A stretch of DNA of 57,111 nucleotides from a virus (Duplodnaviria > Caudoviricetes), in the IMG/VR virus record IMGVR_UViG_3300037847_002035, positions 1 to 57,111 of that record; one strand, written 5' to 3'. The position numbers and the translations under genes are program-made. Below are positions 19,677 to 29,696 of the stretch, in pieces; position 1 is the first letter of the stretch, and each line of letters begins with the position of its first letter. The notes beneath the pieces were generated by a model. It worked only from the letters and a program-made list of their open reading frames with translations. It was not told the origin of the DNA and did not search any database.

Positions 19677-20070
19677 TATAATAGAGTGGACACCTTCATC
19701 TATGCTAGAGGTTACGTTAAACGAACCCGATGATTTTTTGAAGGTAAGAGAAACACTCACGCGGATTGGAGTGGCATCGAGAAAGGATAAGAAATTATAC
19801 CAGTCGTGTCACATACTGCACAAACAGGGTAGGTACTTTATAGTACATTTTAAAGAGTTATTTTTATTAGATGGAAAGAAGTCTAATTTAGAAGAGAATG
19901 ATATTGCTAGACGAAACACGATAGCACAGTTAATGAGTGACTGGGGACTTATCACAATCGAAGGTTCAACTGTAGAACCACTAGCACCAATGAGACAAAT
20001 AAAGATCATACCCTACAAAGAAAAAAACGATTGGGAACTTTGCCCAAAATATAATATCGGATCTAAGTAA
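19663..20070 (+). CDS. regA: translational repressor RegA
   Basis: DDFLKVRETLTRIG, LYQSCHILHKQG.Y.IVHFKELF. Confidence 0.96.
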   Translation: MEENNIIEWTPSSMLEVTLNEPDDFLKVRETLTRIGVASRKDKKLYQSCHILHKQGRYFIVHFKELFLLDGKKSNLEENDIARRNTIAQLMSDWGLITIEGSTVEPLAPMRQIKIIPYKEKNDWELCPKYNIGSK

Positions 20071-20079
20071 GGAATACGA

Positions 20080-20748
20080 ATGCAACGTCTCACAAGTTAC
20101 ATAGAAGAGGGTGTCAATGATCCTGCTATCTTTAAAGCAGTGTTCTTGGCAGGAGGACCTGGATCTGGCAAATCATTTATTGTTGGTCAGACCGCACTCA
20201 CCGCACTAGGTTTTAAAGTAATTAACTCAGACGATGCATTTGAGAATGCTTTGAAAAAAGCAGGACTAAAGACAACACCAGACGATATCTATTCCCCCAA
20301 GGGACAAGAGATTAGAAAGGGTGCCGTTGCTCTAACTGGCAAGAGAATGCAGTTAGCAATAGACGGAAGACTCGGTCTGGTTATAGATGGAACAGGAAAG
20401 AATTACGAAAAGATCAGTGGTCAAGCAAGAGATCTCAGAGACTTGGGATATGAGGTTGCGATGATCTTTGTTAACACAACAGAAGAAGACGCACTGTTTA
20501 GAAATAGAAAACGTGCTAGGAAACTACCAGACGCAGAAGTAAGTAAAATGTGGAGAGACGTTCAAAAGAACATTGGTAAGTTTCAGTCTTTGTTCAGAAG
20601 AAACATGTTTGTAGTAGATAACTCAGAGGGTGCCAACTGGAAAGGTGCTACCCTAAAAGTTTACAAACAAATTGCATCATGGTCAAGATCTAAACCCAAA
20701 GGTGGTATCGCCAAAAAGTGGATGGACGCACAAAGAAAAAAGGGGTAA
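20080..20748 (+). CDS. P-loop kinase (zeta-toxin/AAA_33-like)
   Basis: FLAGGPGSGKS, NSDD, IDGTG, RNRKR.R. Confidence 0.75.
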   Translation: MQRLTSYIEEGVNDPAIFKAVFLAGGPGSGKSFIVGQTALTALGFKVINSDDAFENALKKAGLKTTPDDIYSPKGQEIRKGAVALTGKRMQLAIDGRLGLVIDGTGKNYEKISGQARDLRDLGYEVAMIFVNTTEEDALFRNRKRARKLPDAEVSKMWRDVQKNIGKFQSLFRRNMFVVDNSEGANWKGATLKVYKQIASWSRSKPKGGIAKKWMDAQRKKG

Positions 20749-20752
20749 GACT

Positions 20753-20782
20753 CTTGACATTTGATATGTGAATGCTTATATA
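20753..20782 (+). promoter_or_regulatory. hsp20 promoter (RpoH- or RpoD-like)
   Basis: CTTGAC...CTTATAT resembles alphaproteobacterial heat-shock promoters. Confidence 0.5.
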
Positions 20783-20788
20783 TTATAT

Positions 20789-20844
20789 GACACGCCAATA
20801 ACTGGGTGTCGCTTTAACCTTGCTAGTTATAGGAGGAAAACATG
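20789..20844 (+). ncRNA. ROSE-like RNA thermometer in the hsp20 5'UTR
   Basis: hairpin GACAC..GTGTC, then CCTTGCTA-GTTA-TAGGAGG sequestering the SD with a bulged G (UUGCU motif). Confidence 0.7.
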
Positions 20845-21300
20845 ACTAGAAGTATTGTATACCCACGTAGTGGGTTTATTGGTTTCGACCACATCTTTAA
20901 TCAACTTGAAAATATTCATAAACATGCTAAAGATACCTATCCCCCACACAACGTTGTGAAGGATGAGGAACTCAAGTTCATCATCGAAGTTGCAGTGGCA
21001 GGTTTCCGAAAAGAACATATTGATATTCAGATAAAGGATCACGTCCTCACCATTACTGGTGAACGCCCTGCACGAAGAGATCAAGACTTATATGTTCATA
21101 AAGGAATTAGTGCTCGAAACTGGAAGAAGTCATTTAGACTGTCCGAATATACGGAAGTAAACGGAGCAGATCTGGTGGATGGAATTCTAACTGTCGAACT
21201 AGAAGTTATCCTTCCCGAAGAGAAGCGTCCTCGTAAGATTGAAATTGGATCAAACGAGGAAAATGGAAATGGCAAATTTTTTAAGAAAAATCGTAAGTAA
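20842..21300 (+). CDS. hsp20: small heat-shock protein Hsp20 (IbpA-like)
   Basis: IGFD, YPPHN, AVAGF, HKGISAR, DGIL. Confidence 0.95.
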   Translation: MTRSIVYPRSGFIGFDHIFNQLENIHKHAKDTYPPHNVVKDEELKFIIEVAVAGFRKEHIDIQIKDHVLTITGERPARRDQDLYVHKGISARNWKKSFRLSEYTEVNGADLVDGILTVELEVILPEEKRPRKIEIGSNEENGNGKFFKKNRK

Positions 21301-21499
21301 GTGGCGTTTCAATTCTAAAGTACGTCAGACAATAAAGGAACTACGTGCCTTAACAGATGCGGAACTGAATGACATAGGGATCGGACGTGGAGACATTGTC
21401 TCAATAGCACGTGGTGATTCTGATATGAAACTCTCATCGAGAATTGTATATAATGATAAAGTGTTACCAGTAAACGCAAACATGAAAGGGTGGGTGTAA
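21269..21499 (+). CDS. DUF1127 (YjiS-like) small protein
   Basis: TIKELRALTDAELNDIGIGRGDI signature. Confidence 0.85.
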   Translation: MANFLRKIVSKWRFNSKVRQTIKELRALTDAELNDIGIGRGDIVSIARGDSDMKLSSRIVYNDKVLPVNANMKGWV

Positions 21500-21669
21500 T
21501 GACTACAGCAGTAATGTCTTATGTATTCGCCCCTCTATCTGGATTATGGGGTTCTATAATTAGAACCAGTGAAGTCATTGGTTACTCTCGTGCGGCAAGT
21601 GAACTTGCTCGTATGGGTTACCATGAGGAAGCAAAGAAGTGCATGTTAGAACTGGATAAACTACGATAA
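21499..21669 (+). CDS. 56-aa hypothetical protein (not in the ORF track)
   Basis: MTTAVMS...GYSRAASELARMGYHEEAKK; TAATG overlap with the upstream stop. Confidence 0.7.
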   Translation: MTTAVMSYVFAPLSGLWGSIIRTSEVIGYSRAASELARMGYHEEAKKCMLELDKLR

Positions 21670-21673
21670 ATAC

Positions 21674-21700
21674 AGGGGCAGGGTAACACCTGCCCTTTGT
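21674..21700 (+). terminator. intrinsic terminator/hairpin
   Basis: GGGCAGG-GTAACA-CCTGCCC followed by TTTGT. Confidence 0.6.
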
Positions 21701-21714
21701 TATAGGAGATAGAA

Positions 21715-22596
21715 ATGAGTTTTGAATTCGACTTCACAAGAGATCATCTTGCTGAAATAATACCTGGCAACAAACAGGTTGATGAATGGTACGCGGCATT
21801 GTATGAAGTATTGCCTATGTACGAAATCACAACTGAACGTAGGGTTGCCCACTTCTTGTCCCAGTGTGCACACGAGAGTGCAAACTTCAAACGACTAGAA
21901 GAAAATCTAAACTACTCAGCAAAAGCGTTACGTGCTGTCTTTGGTAGATACTTTGGTGATCCACCCAAGAGGGATGCTGATGAGTATCACCGTCAACCAG
22001 AAATGATTGCCAACTATGTCTACATGGATGAGTTCCGTAAATACAAAATGGGGAACATTCACGAGGGTGACGGTTGGTTATTTCGAGGCCGGGGTCTAAA
22101 GCAATTGACTGGCAGAGAAAATTACTCACGCTTCGGAGACTCGATTGGTATGACTGCAGAAGAAGCGGCAGAGTATGTTCAGTCCTTCAACGGTGCAATA
22201 CAAAGTGCATGTTGGTTCTGGGATACAAACAATCTAAATGACATTGCTGATGGTGACAACGTAAAACTAATGACTAAGAAGATCAATGGTGGATCTATCG
22301 GTCTGGAAGATCGACAGAGACGATACATCAATGCAATGGAAGTTCTTGGAATGCCTTTCGAGGTACATGAAGAGGACGATGATGATGAGGATGATATCCT
22401 AGATGATATCGGAGTCCTACGTAGAGGATCTCGTGGTGATGGAGTCAAGTTGATGCAGGAAGCACTTGGGTTAGATGCTGATGGAGTATTCGGTAGAGGC
22501 ACAGAACGTGCACTGAAACTCTGGCAGACAGACAACGGACTAACACCTGATGGTGTGGCAGGTCCTCTGACCATGGCAAAACTACTTGACGATTAA
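21715..22596 (+). CDS. GH19 chitinase-like endolysin with C-terminal peptidoglycan-binding domain
   Basis: FLSQCAHES, ENLNYS, FRGRGLKQLTGRENY, INGG; DGVFG..T and DGVAG..T. Confidence 0.9.
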   Translation: MSFEFDFTRDHLAEIIPGNKQVDEWYAALYEVLPMYEITTERRVAHFLSQCAHESANFKRLEENLNYSAKALRAVFGRYFGDPPKRDADEYHRQPEMIANYVYMDEFRKYKMGNIHEGDGWLFRGRGLKQLTGRENYSRFGDSIGMTAEEAAEYVQSFNGAIQSACWFWDTNNLNDIADGDNVKLMTKKINGGSIGLEDRQRRYINAMEVLGMPFEVHEEDDDDEDDILDDIGVLRRGSRGDGVKLMQEALGLDADGVFGRGTERALKLWQTDNGLTPDGVAGPLTMAKLLDD

Positions 22597-22604
22597 AAAA
22601 AGAC

Positions 22605-22633
22605 TTTACATCCTCTCGAATTTCTGGTATAAT
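22605..22633 (+). promoter_or_regulatory. sigma70-like promoter of g43
   Basis: TTTACA-17-TATAAT. Confidence 0.75.
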
Positions 22634-22656
22634 AGAAATGTTATTCGGGAGGGTGC

Positions 22657-25185
22657 ATGTCAGCATTTTACACATCCGTAGTTCGCTACAGTAATTACAT
22701 TCTCTATCGAGGTTATGATGATCTTGGTAGACCAGTCGCCAAAAAAGAAAAGTTCAAACCACAACTCTACGTTCCAGTAGATAAACATACTGGATGGAGA
22801 GGTTTTGATGGTACACCTGTTACTACCATAGACTTTGATTCCATGAAAGAGTGCAAAGAATTCATGGAAAAGTATGAGAATGTTGTAGGGTACAACATAT
22901 ATGGAATGAGTAACTACATCCACCAGTACATCACCAGAAGATTTCCAAAGGATATTAAGTTTGATCGTGATAAGATCAACGTAACAACCATTGACATCGA
23001 GACTGAGTATGAAGGTGGATTCCCAAACATTGAACAAGCAGATCAAAAAGTTCTTGCTATCACGGTAAAGAATAACAAGGACGGTATATATTATGTGTGG
23101 GGATTGCAGGACTATGATGCTGATGCCGCACTGATCAAACCAGTAGTATACGTCAAGTGTTCTAATGAGAATGAATTACTTGGACGTTTCCTTGCACACT
23201 GGCAGAAACCAGAACACATGCCAGATGTTATTACTGGTTGGAATGTTCGCTTCTTTGATATTCCGTATCTAATAAACAGAGTCAATAGAATCCTTGGTAG
23301 TGATAGATGCAGAGAGTTTTCTCCATGGGGATTGTTTGATCACCGTAAGATCTTCAGACTGAATAAAGAAGAGAGTGTGTATGATCTTCGTGGTATAGAA
23401 ACACTTGACTATCTTGAACTGTTCCAGAAGTTTGGTTATGCCTATGGCAAGCAGGAGTCCTACAAACTGGATCACATTGCTAATGTTGTGCTTGGTGAGA
23501 AGAAACTATCCTATGAAGAATCTGGTTCACTCAAGCAACTATACAAAGATGACTTCCAAAAGTATATCGACTATAATATGAAAGATGTGCAACTGGTTGA
23601 TCGTCTAGAAGATAAGATGGGATTGATTACACTGGCAATGACTGTTGCCTACAAAGGTGGTGTGAACTATCAGGATACCTTTGGAACTACTGGTATCTGG
23701 GAATCTATTATCCATCGTAAACTCAACAACATGAAGATTGCTCCAGATGCTTACAAGAGTAAGATACCAGATAAGAGTGATTTCGCAGGTGGTTTCGTAA
23801 AAGACCCCAAGGTCGGTGCACATGATTGGGTTGTATCGTTTGACTTGAACTCTCTGTATCCAAACATCATTGTGCAGTGGAATATGTCACCAGAGACACT
23901 TGGCAAACTACCACCAGATAATCTACCAAGTGGTGTAGAACACAACCTTGCATTCTTCGAAGGTGGAGATCCGATGCATCCTGCACAGAGAGAAAGAGAT
24001 ATTTGTCTGGCAACAAATGGATCTACCTACAGTAGAAAGATCGATGGTGTTATTCCACAGATCATTATTGATTACTATGATGATCGTAGAGTTATAAAGA
24101 AACAGATGCTTGCGGCAGAACAGGCATACCAGAAAGAAAAAACATTTGAATTAGAAAAAGAGATCAACAGATTTCACAATCAGCAAATGGCAATCAAGAT
24201 CCTGATGAACTCTTTGTATGGTGCGATGGGCAATCGCTACTTCAAGTATTATGATCTAAGGATTGCAGAAGGTGTTACTCTCACTGGTCAGATGGTTATC
24301 CAGTGGGCAGAGAAAGCAATCAACCTAGAAATGAATAAGATCATGAAAACATCTGGGGTTGATTATGTGATTGCGATTGATACCGATTCATTGTATATAA
24401 ACTTTGGTGAAGTGGTAAAGAAACTCAATCCCAAAGATCCAGTAAAGTTTCTTGACAAGATATCAGAGGAACACTTCGAACCTATTCTAGCAAAAGCATA
24501 TGATGATCTGTTCAAGAAGTTCAACTGTCACAAACCCAGAATGGAAATGGCACGTGAGGTAATTGCTGATCGAGGTATCTGGACTGCCAAGAAAAGATAT
24601 ATACTAAATGTTCATAACTCTGAAGGTGTCCAGTACGAGGAACCCAAACTAAAGATCATGGGCATTGAAGCAGTCAAGTCTTCAACACCAGAAGTTGTTC
24701 GGAACAAGTTTAAAGAAGCATTTAAGATAATCATATCGTCAACTGAGAAAGAAGTTCAAGAATTCATTCAAGACTTCAAGAGTGAGTTCAAGTCTCTACC
24801 ACCACAGGCAATTGCATTTCCTCGTGGTGTATCTAACATAACTGACTGGTATGAAAGAAAGACGATTTATAAGAAGGGAACTCCGATACATGTCAGAGGA
24901 TCTCTGCTATATAATCATTATCTAAAACAATACAAATGCACTAACAAATATGAATTAATTGAGAATGGAAGTCGTATCAAATTTTGTTATCTTCGTATGC
25001 CAAATACAATCAAAGAGAATGTCATATCATTTCCAGATGTGATTCCAAAAGAGTTTGGTCTTGATCGTTACATAGATTATGACAAGCAGTTTGAGAAAAC
25101 TTTTATCGATCCGCTTAAATTCATTCTAGACGCAATCGGATGGAATGTTGAAGAGCAAGCAACCTTGGAGGATTTTTTTGCATGA
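22657..25185 (+). CDS. g43: family B DNA polymerase gp43
   Basis: DIET exonuclease, [26 protein letters not shown]. Confidence 0.98.
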   Translation: MSAFYTSVVRYSNYILYRGYDDLGRPVAKKEKFKPQLYVPVDKHTGWRGFDGTPVTTIDFDSMKECKEFMEKYENVVGYNIYGMSNYIHQYITRRFPKDIKFDRDKINVTTIDIETEYEGGFPNIEQADQKVLAITVKNNKDGIYYVWGLQDYDADAALIKPVVYVKCSNENELLGRFLAHWQKPEHMPDVITGWNVRFFDIPYLINRVNRILGSDRCREFSPWGLFDHRKIFRLNKEESVYDLRGIETLDYLELFQKFGYAYGKQESYKLDHIANVVLGEKKLSYEESGSLKQLYKDDFQKYIDYNMKDVQLVDRLEDKMGLITLAMTVAYKGGVNYQDTFGTTGIWESIIHRKLNNMKIAPDAYKSKIPDKSDFAGGFVKDPKVGAHDWVVSFDLNSLYPNIIVQWNMSPETLGKLPPDNLPSGVEHNLAFFEGGDPMHPAQRERDICLATNGSTYSRKIDGVIPQIIIDYYDDRRVIKKQMLAAEQAYQKEKTFELEKEINRFHNQQMAIKILMNSLYGAMGNRYFKYYDLRIAEGVTLTGQMVIQWAEKAINLEMNKIMKTSGVDYVIAIDTDSLYINFGEVVKKLNPKDPVKFLDKISEEHFEPILAKAYDDLFKKFNCHKPRMEMAREVIADRGIWTAKKRYILNVHNSEGVQYEEPKLKIMGIEAVKSSTPEVVRNKFKEAFKIIISSTEKEVQEFIQDFKSEFKSLPPQAIAFPRGVSNITDWYERKTIYKKGTPIHVRGSLLYNHYLKQYKCTNKYELIENGSRIKFCYLRMPNTIKENVISFPDVIPKEFGLDRYIDYDKQFEKTFIDPLKFILDAIGWNVEEQATLEDFFA

Positions 25186-25529
25186 CAGTCGCAGGAAAGA
25201 TATGGGGACAAACAGAATTACTTGAGGCAAATGGTGCCCTTGAATTTCACAGAATAGAATTCAAGAAGGGGTACGAGTGCTCAGAACACAAACACGAATT
25301 CAAATGGAATGGTTTCTATGTAGAGGAAGGTCAGATGATGGTAAAGGTCTGGCAGGATGAACAGGGGTTAGTTGATGAGACAATCCTCAATCCTGGTGAC
25401 TACACCAAAGTCAAACCTGGTCTTTACCACCAGTTCATAGGACTGGAAGATGGTGTTGCATTTGAACTGTACTGGGCAGAGTTTAACCACAACGATATAA
25501 AACGAAGAAGTTCGGGAAAGAAAACATGA
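25182..25529 (+). CDS. cupin-domain protein (sugar isomerase-like)
   Basis: GKIWG, CSEHKH, PGLYHQF. Confidence 0.75.
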   Translation: MTVAGKIWGQTELLEANGALEFHRIEFKKGYECSEHKHEFKWNGFYVEEGQMMVKVWQDEQGLVDETILNPGDYTKVKPGLYHQFIGLEDGVAFELYWAEFNHNDIKRRSSGKKT

Positions 25530-25960
25530 TAAAAAACATTTTAAATAAAATTCCAAACTTTTGTCTAAGTCACTGGTTATTACGCATTCCACTTGCTATT
25601 GTGTTTCTACAACAAGGGATGAGTAAATTACCATATAGCATAGAGGATGCAGAAGCATGGGAACTGCCCTACTTAGTCTGGTGGTTTGTTGTATATGGTG
25701 AGTTAGGTGCAGGTTTAGGATTATTGCTCAGTGGCATTATGGTTTCCAAAATAGATGACACTCCTATCTGGGACTTTTGGATTCAAGATCTGGGGGATTT
25801 ACTAACGAGATTCTGTGGCATTGTCATGTGCTGTATCATGACAGGTGTTATATGGATATCGCAACCAAGCAGTTTATGGGACGTGATATTATACGATAAC
25901 TTACACGTATTCTTATGGGTAGGTGGATTATTCTTTGCACTAAGAGGGAGTAGAACGTAA
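25526..25960 (+). CDS. DoxX-family membrane protein
   Basis: LRIPLAIVFLQQG..K, GELGAG; several TM helices. Confidence 0.75.
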   Translation: MIKNILNKIPNFCLSHWLLRIPLAIVFLQQGMSKLPYSIEDAEAWELPYLVWWFVVYGELGAGLGLLLSGIMVSKIDDTPIWDFWIQDLGDLLTRFCGIVMCCIMTGVIWISQPSSLWDVILYDNLHVFLWVGGLFFALRGSRT

Positions 25961-26166
25961 TGTTAAGACCAGAAATGATTAAGGCAGTTAAGTCTCACGC
26001 ACAAGCACACATAGATAAACATCGAATGAACGTAGAGGTTTATCTAACAAATCCTGTTGGAGTGGGTGAGCACTCAGATATAATGGATGCCATTGAGAAA
26101 GAACTAGAAGAAATGGCAAAGTACCAAGATCATCTAGATATAATGAACGAATACTTTAAGGAGTGA
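25960..26166 (+). CDS. conserved small phage protein
   Basis: NVEVYL.NPVGVGEHSDI motif typical of marine T4-like phages. Confidence 0.75.
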   Translation: MLRPEMIKAVKSHAQAHIDKHRMNVEVYLTNPVGVGEHSDIMDAIEKELEEMAKYQDHLDIMNEYFKE

Positions 26167-26570
26167 GTATGAACGCCTACACCACAAACTTCGATCATGT
26201 CGGAGAGTTTATGAAAACCTTTGGACAAGAGGTGAAGAAGACCCCTGAGTTGCCAGATGAAGAGACACGCAAGTTAAGACTAGAACTGATAGCAGAAGAA
26301 TTAGAAGAACTATGGGATGCTATCGAAGATAAAGATTTGGTTGCGATTGCTGATGCTCTTACAGATATTCTTTATGTTACTTATGGTGCAGGTCATGCAT
26401 TTGGTATAGATCTTGATGAATGCTTCCGAGAGGTGCAGAGATCTAATATGTCTAAGTTGGGTGAGGATGGCAAACCTATCTATCGAGAAGATGGTAAGGT
26501 CTTGAAAGGTCCTAATTACTCAGAACCAGATCTGAAAAGTTTAATAGAAAAGCACTTTACAACCATATAA
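26163..26570 (+). CDS. MazG/PRA-PH-like nucleotide pyrophosphohydrolase
   Basis: EELEEL, DAL.DILYV.YG, EV.RSNMSK, DGKVLKG. Confidence 0.88.
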   Translation: MSMNAYTTNFDHVGEFMKTFGQEVKKTPELPDEETRKLRLELIAEELEELWDAIEDKDLVAIADALTDILYVTYGAGHAFGIDLDECFREVQRSNMSKLGEDGKPIYREDGKVLKGPNYSEPDLKSLIEKHFTTI

Positions 26571-26584
26571 TATTGTGCTATAAT
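26556..26584 (+). promoter_or_regulatory. sigma70-like promoter
   Basis: TTTACA-17-TATAAT. Confidence 0.7.
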
Positions 26585-26591
26585 ATGTGTT

Positions 26592-27425
26592 ATGAGTTAC
26601 TTCAAAACACCTCTTAGATATCCTGGTGGTAAGTCCAAGGCAATCAAAAGATTGGAAACATTCTTTCCGTATCTGGGAAACTACACGCACTATCGTGAAC
26701 CGTTTCTTGGTGGTGGATCTGTTGCCTTGTACATTGCCCAGAAATATCCTCACTTAAAAATACACGTCAACGATAAGTATAGTGCCCTTCATAACTTTTG
26801 GTATTACCTTCAGAATGATGGGACTTTCCTTACCAGTGTAATCCAAAGATGCATACGTGAAACTAAAGACAAGAAGAAACTATTCTTAGAAAGTAAAGAG
26901 AGAGTCAACAATGAGGAACCTACTAGTTTCCTTCATGCAGTCTCATTCTATATTTGCAACAGATGTTCCTTCAGTGGTTTGACTGCTAGTGGTGGTTTCA
27001 GTAAGATTGCAAGTGAAGAGAGGTTCACGGAGAACATTGCACAAGACCTAATTGATTATTCTTTTTTAATTAAAAATTGGACAATAACCAACTGGGACTA
27101 TTCCAGAATGATGGAAGAGACTGATGAGAAAACATTTGTATATCTAGATCCACCATACGATATTAAAGATTCGCTGTATGGTAACAAAGGTGGAATGCAC
27201 AAAGGATTTGATCACGACAGGTTTGCCAGAGTTTGTAGAGAGTCTAAACTAGATCAATTGATATCTTACAATGCTGATGAGAAAGTAAGAGAGAGATTTG
27301 ATGGTTGGAATATGAATGCGTTTTCTCACACGTATTCGATGCAGTCCGTAGGTGACTATGCAAAAGAACAGAAGAAACGAAAAGAATTGGTAATGTGGAA
27401 CTATGGTATCACTAACTATTTTTAA
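26592..27425 (+). CDS. dam: Dam-like (D12 class) DNA adenine methyltransferase
   Basis: RYPGGKS, EPFLGGGSV, LDPPY; target sequence not established. Confidence 0.85.
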   Translation: MSYFKTPLRYPGGKSKAIKRLETFFPYLGNYTHYREPFLGGGSVALYIAQKYPHLKIHVNDKYSALHNFWYYLQNDGTFLTSVIQRCIRETKDKKKLFLESKERVNNEEPTSFLHAVSFYICNRCSFSGLTASGGFSKIASEERFTENIAQDLIDYSFLIKNWTITNWDYSRMMEETDEKTFVYLDPPYDIKDSLYGNKGGMHKGFDHDRFARVCRESKLDQLISYNADEKVRERFDGWNMNAFSHTYSMQSVGDYAKEQKKRKELVMWNYGITNYF

Positions 27426-28323
27426 AAGTATATTCGACAACAAAACGCATAGGCGACTTGACCTAGAAGACTTTGATCAGTTCGAGTCTCTACTGTACAA
27501 GATGTCAAAGGTGGACAAGAAGTCTAAAGACGAAGCACAGTTGATCTGTCCTGCAACCTATGAGAAGGATAAGACTCGTGCCAATGCCAATGTGCAAGAG
27601 TGGGTTGGATGGGCGGCAGTTGATGTCGATGACTTTGAGTGTGAAGGTGATCTACAGACAGAGTTGATGTCTAGGTTTGGTCACTATCGATGGGTGTGCT
27701 ACAGTACTGCAAGCAGTAAGGAAGAGTTGCCAAAATTCAGATTGGTATTCCCACTGAGAGAGAACGTCCCTGCAGATAAGATCAAGCACTTCTGGTATGC
27801 ACTACAGTCTGAACTGGGAGATCTTGGTGATAAGCAAACTAAAGATCTTTCGAGGATGTATTACATCCCTGCCAAGTATCAGGGTGCGTATAATTTTATA
27901 TTCAGCAATCGTGATGCACAACCAATAGATCCAAGTGAACTAATGATGAAGTGGGAGTACTTTACTAAATCTACTCTTGAAGATTTCTTCTCTGATAGTT
28001 TCAATCAAAAGATACTTCAGAGAATAAAAGATGAACTGACTAACGATAACGTACATTGGACATCCTACAGAGATTGTCCATTCTTCCCCAAACAACTAGC
28101 AAGTGAATACAGAATGATCACTAACACTGGTTGGTATCATAAGATGTATCAGATCATGGTTGCCATTGCAGGAAATGCGGTTAAGAAGAAATACCCGATA
28201 ACCTCAGAAGAGATCTCTACGATGTGTCGAGAGTTCGATATGGAAACTGGTAATTGGTATGAAAACAGACCTCTAGATAAAGAGGCAAATAGAGCACTAG
28301 AATACATTTATAGGAACGGATAA
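27403..28323 (+). CDS. putative primase-polymerase (AEP-like) protein
   Basis: AAVDVDD, YSTAS, KFRLVFPL, D..TKDLSRMYY.P. Confidence 0.65.
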   Translation: MVSLTIFKSIFDNKTHRRLDLEDFDQFESLLYKMSKVDKKSKDEAQLICPATYEKDKTRANANVQEWVGWAAVDVDDFECEGDLQTELMSRFGHYRWVCYSTASSKEELPKFRLVFPLRENVPADKIKHFWYALQSELGDLGDKQTKDLSRMYYIPAKYQGAYNFIFSNRDAQPIDPSELMMKWEYFTKSTLEDFFSDSFNQKILQRIKDELTNDNVHWTSYRDCPFFPKQLASEYRMITNTGWYHKMYQIMVAIAGNAVKKKYPITSEEISTMCREFDMETGNWYENRPLDKEANRALEYIYRNG

Positions 28324-28574
28324 TGAATAAGAAACATGATTACAATGATGAAATGCAAGATCTAATATTTACTTCTGCAGGTGACTTTATGGGAATGCAG
28401 GAAAAGGAGCATCACCAGTATTGCACAACAAAAGGTTTGGGTTGGGCATTTCTTATTATAGCATTCTTTATAGTTGGTGTGCCTATCTTAATGTTGATGG
28501 CATCAGTTGGTCTAGAGGAATACGGTAGATATTGTAACTTAAATATCATGCCATGCTTTGGGTTGAACAAATGA
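28323..28574 (+). CDS. small membrane protein
   Basis: one hydrophobic helix; three Cys. Confidence 0.65.
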   Translation: MNKKHDYNDEMQDLIFTSAGDFMGMQEKEHHQYCTTKGLGWAFLIIAFFIVGVPILMLMASVGLEEYGRYCNLNIMPCFGLNK

Positions 28575-28771
28575 CCCCAAGAGAATCAGCACAGAAAGAA
28601 GCAGAAAAAACTTTCGAAGAATTTATTCTTTGGACTAAGAGAGTCGTATATATAAGTATATTCTTCCTACTAGTAGTTGTTATAGGATGTAACAGTGGAG
28701 TAGATGGAACACAAGGGGGGTATAATGGTGAGGCATATGACCCTAGTAATCTTAGTGTAAAGGATAAGTAG
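28571..28771 (+). CDS. small membrane protein, resembles aa3 cytochrome c oxidase subunit IV
   Basis: EKTFEEFI followed by a TM helix. Confidence 0.5.
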   Translation: MTPRESAQKEAEKTFEEFILWTKRVVYISIFFLLVVVIGCNSGVDGTQGGYNGEAYDPSNLSVKDK

Positions 28772-29098
28772 ATGAGTAATAAATTCATACCAATAGGATG
28801 GGGGAGAACTATTTTAGGTGCAAGGGATGCGTGGAAAAGTATAATGACTATAAAGAATTCTCCGCTTCGTAATTTACCACCTCAGTTAGGGTTGATGGTA
28901 TTTTCGATACTTGCAGTGATGTGGAGTGGCATCTTTGCATGTATAATAAATAATCCGTATGCATTTAGCGTATCTGCAGGTGGACACCTATTAGTTATCT
29001 TTGGTATTTTTATTACTGCAATGGCATACGACAGTGCAAACAAATATACAGCACCACAAAATTATAACATACGTGGTGAAGGTGGAGAACACGAGTGA
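28772..29098 (+). CDS. membrane protein
   Basis: SPLRNLP, LAVMWS; two TM helices. Confidence 0.7.
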   Translation: MSNKFIPIGWGRTILGARDAWKSIMTIKNSPLRNLPPQLGLMVFSILAVMWSGIFACIINNPYAFSVSAGGHLLVIFGIFITAMAYDSANKYTAPQNYNIRGEGGEHE

Positions 29099-29346
29099 AG
29101 TGGTTTGTTGTAATAATCTTTAACACATTGGCAGGTGATATCTTTGTATTCAATGAACCTGCCTTTGATACAAGAGAAGAATGTATGATTACTCTAATTC
29201 AATCTAGGGATGCAATCTTACAGAAACTCCTACTTGAGTATGGAGAACCCATGCCCATAGAAGCAGTCAATTGTGTACGACAAGATGTGATTGAGAAAGT
29301 ATTAAAAGATGAAGTGGTTGATATTAGTTTTACTAACGAAGGGTGA
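29095..29346 (+). CDS. small putatively exported two-Cys protein
   Basis: MKWF hydrophobic start, FDTREEC...C. Confidence 0.7.
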   Translation: MKWFVVIIFNTLAGDIFVFNEPAFDTREECMITLIQSRDAILQKLLLEYGEPMPIEAVNCVRQDVIEKVLKDEVVDISFTNEG

Positions 29347-29548
29347 ACCCTTCACAATACCGATACAAGAGTTCGAAAGCGAAGATGCTTGTTACGAGTA
29401 TATAAATTCTAAAGAGAACTATCCAACAATTGCAATAGAGGTTATTGCTGTCGCAGGTTTCAACGATCCTGTTAATGACATAAGATGTCTACCAGAGAAC
29501 AGAGTAAAGGAATATTTAAATGTGGGTTCTAGTATGGTTAGCACTTGA
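29309..29548 (+). CDS. small putatively exported two-Cys protein
   Basis: MKWL hydrophobic start, FESEDAC...C. Confidence 0.7.
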   Translation: MKWLILVLLTKGEPFTIPIQEFESEDACYEYINSKENYPTIAIEVIAVAGFNDPVNDIRCLPENRVKEYLNVGSSMVST

Positions 29549-29696
29549 GGCAAATCAAGATGTTGACTACTATCATATCGGTACATATGATACCGACAAA
29601 GAATGCCAGATATCATTGAAAGAAGCAGTGGTATTGGTGACAAAGAATAATCAAGCACTTAGTTGTTTTTATGTTGGAGAGGATGCTGATGGATAA
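29520..29696 (+). CDS. 58-aa putatively exported two-Cys protein (not in the ORF track)
   Basis: MWVLVWL start, YDTDKEC...C; AAGGA RBS. Confidence 0.65.
   Translation: MWVLVWLALEANQDVDYYHIGTYDTDKECQISLKEAVVLVTKNNQALSCFYVGEDADG

Noticed and set aside
22366-22410. GAT/GAG-rich simple repeat
   Set aside because: It encodes the acidic linker between the lysin domains
22657-25185. Intein or intron in the DNA polymerase (also considered for g41 and uvsX)
   Set aside because: Lengths are normal, motifs are continuous and no splicing signatures were seen
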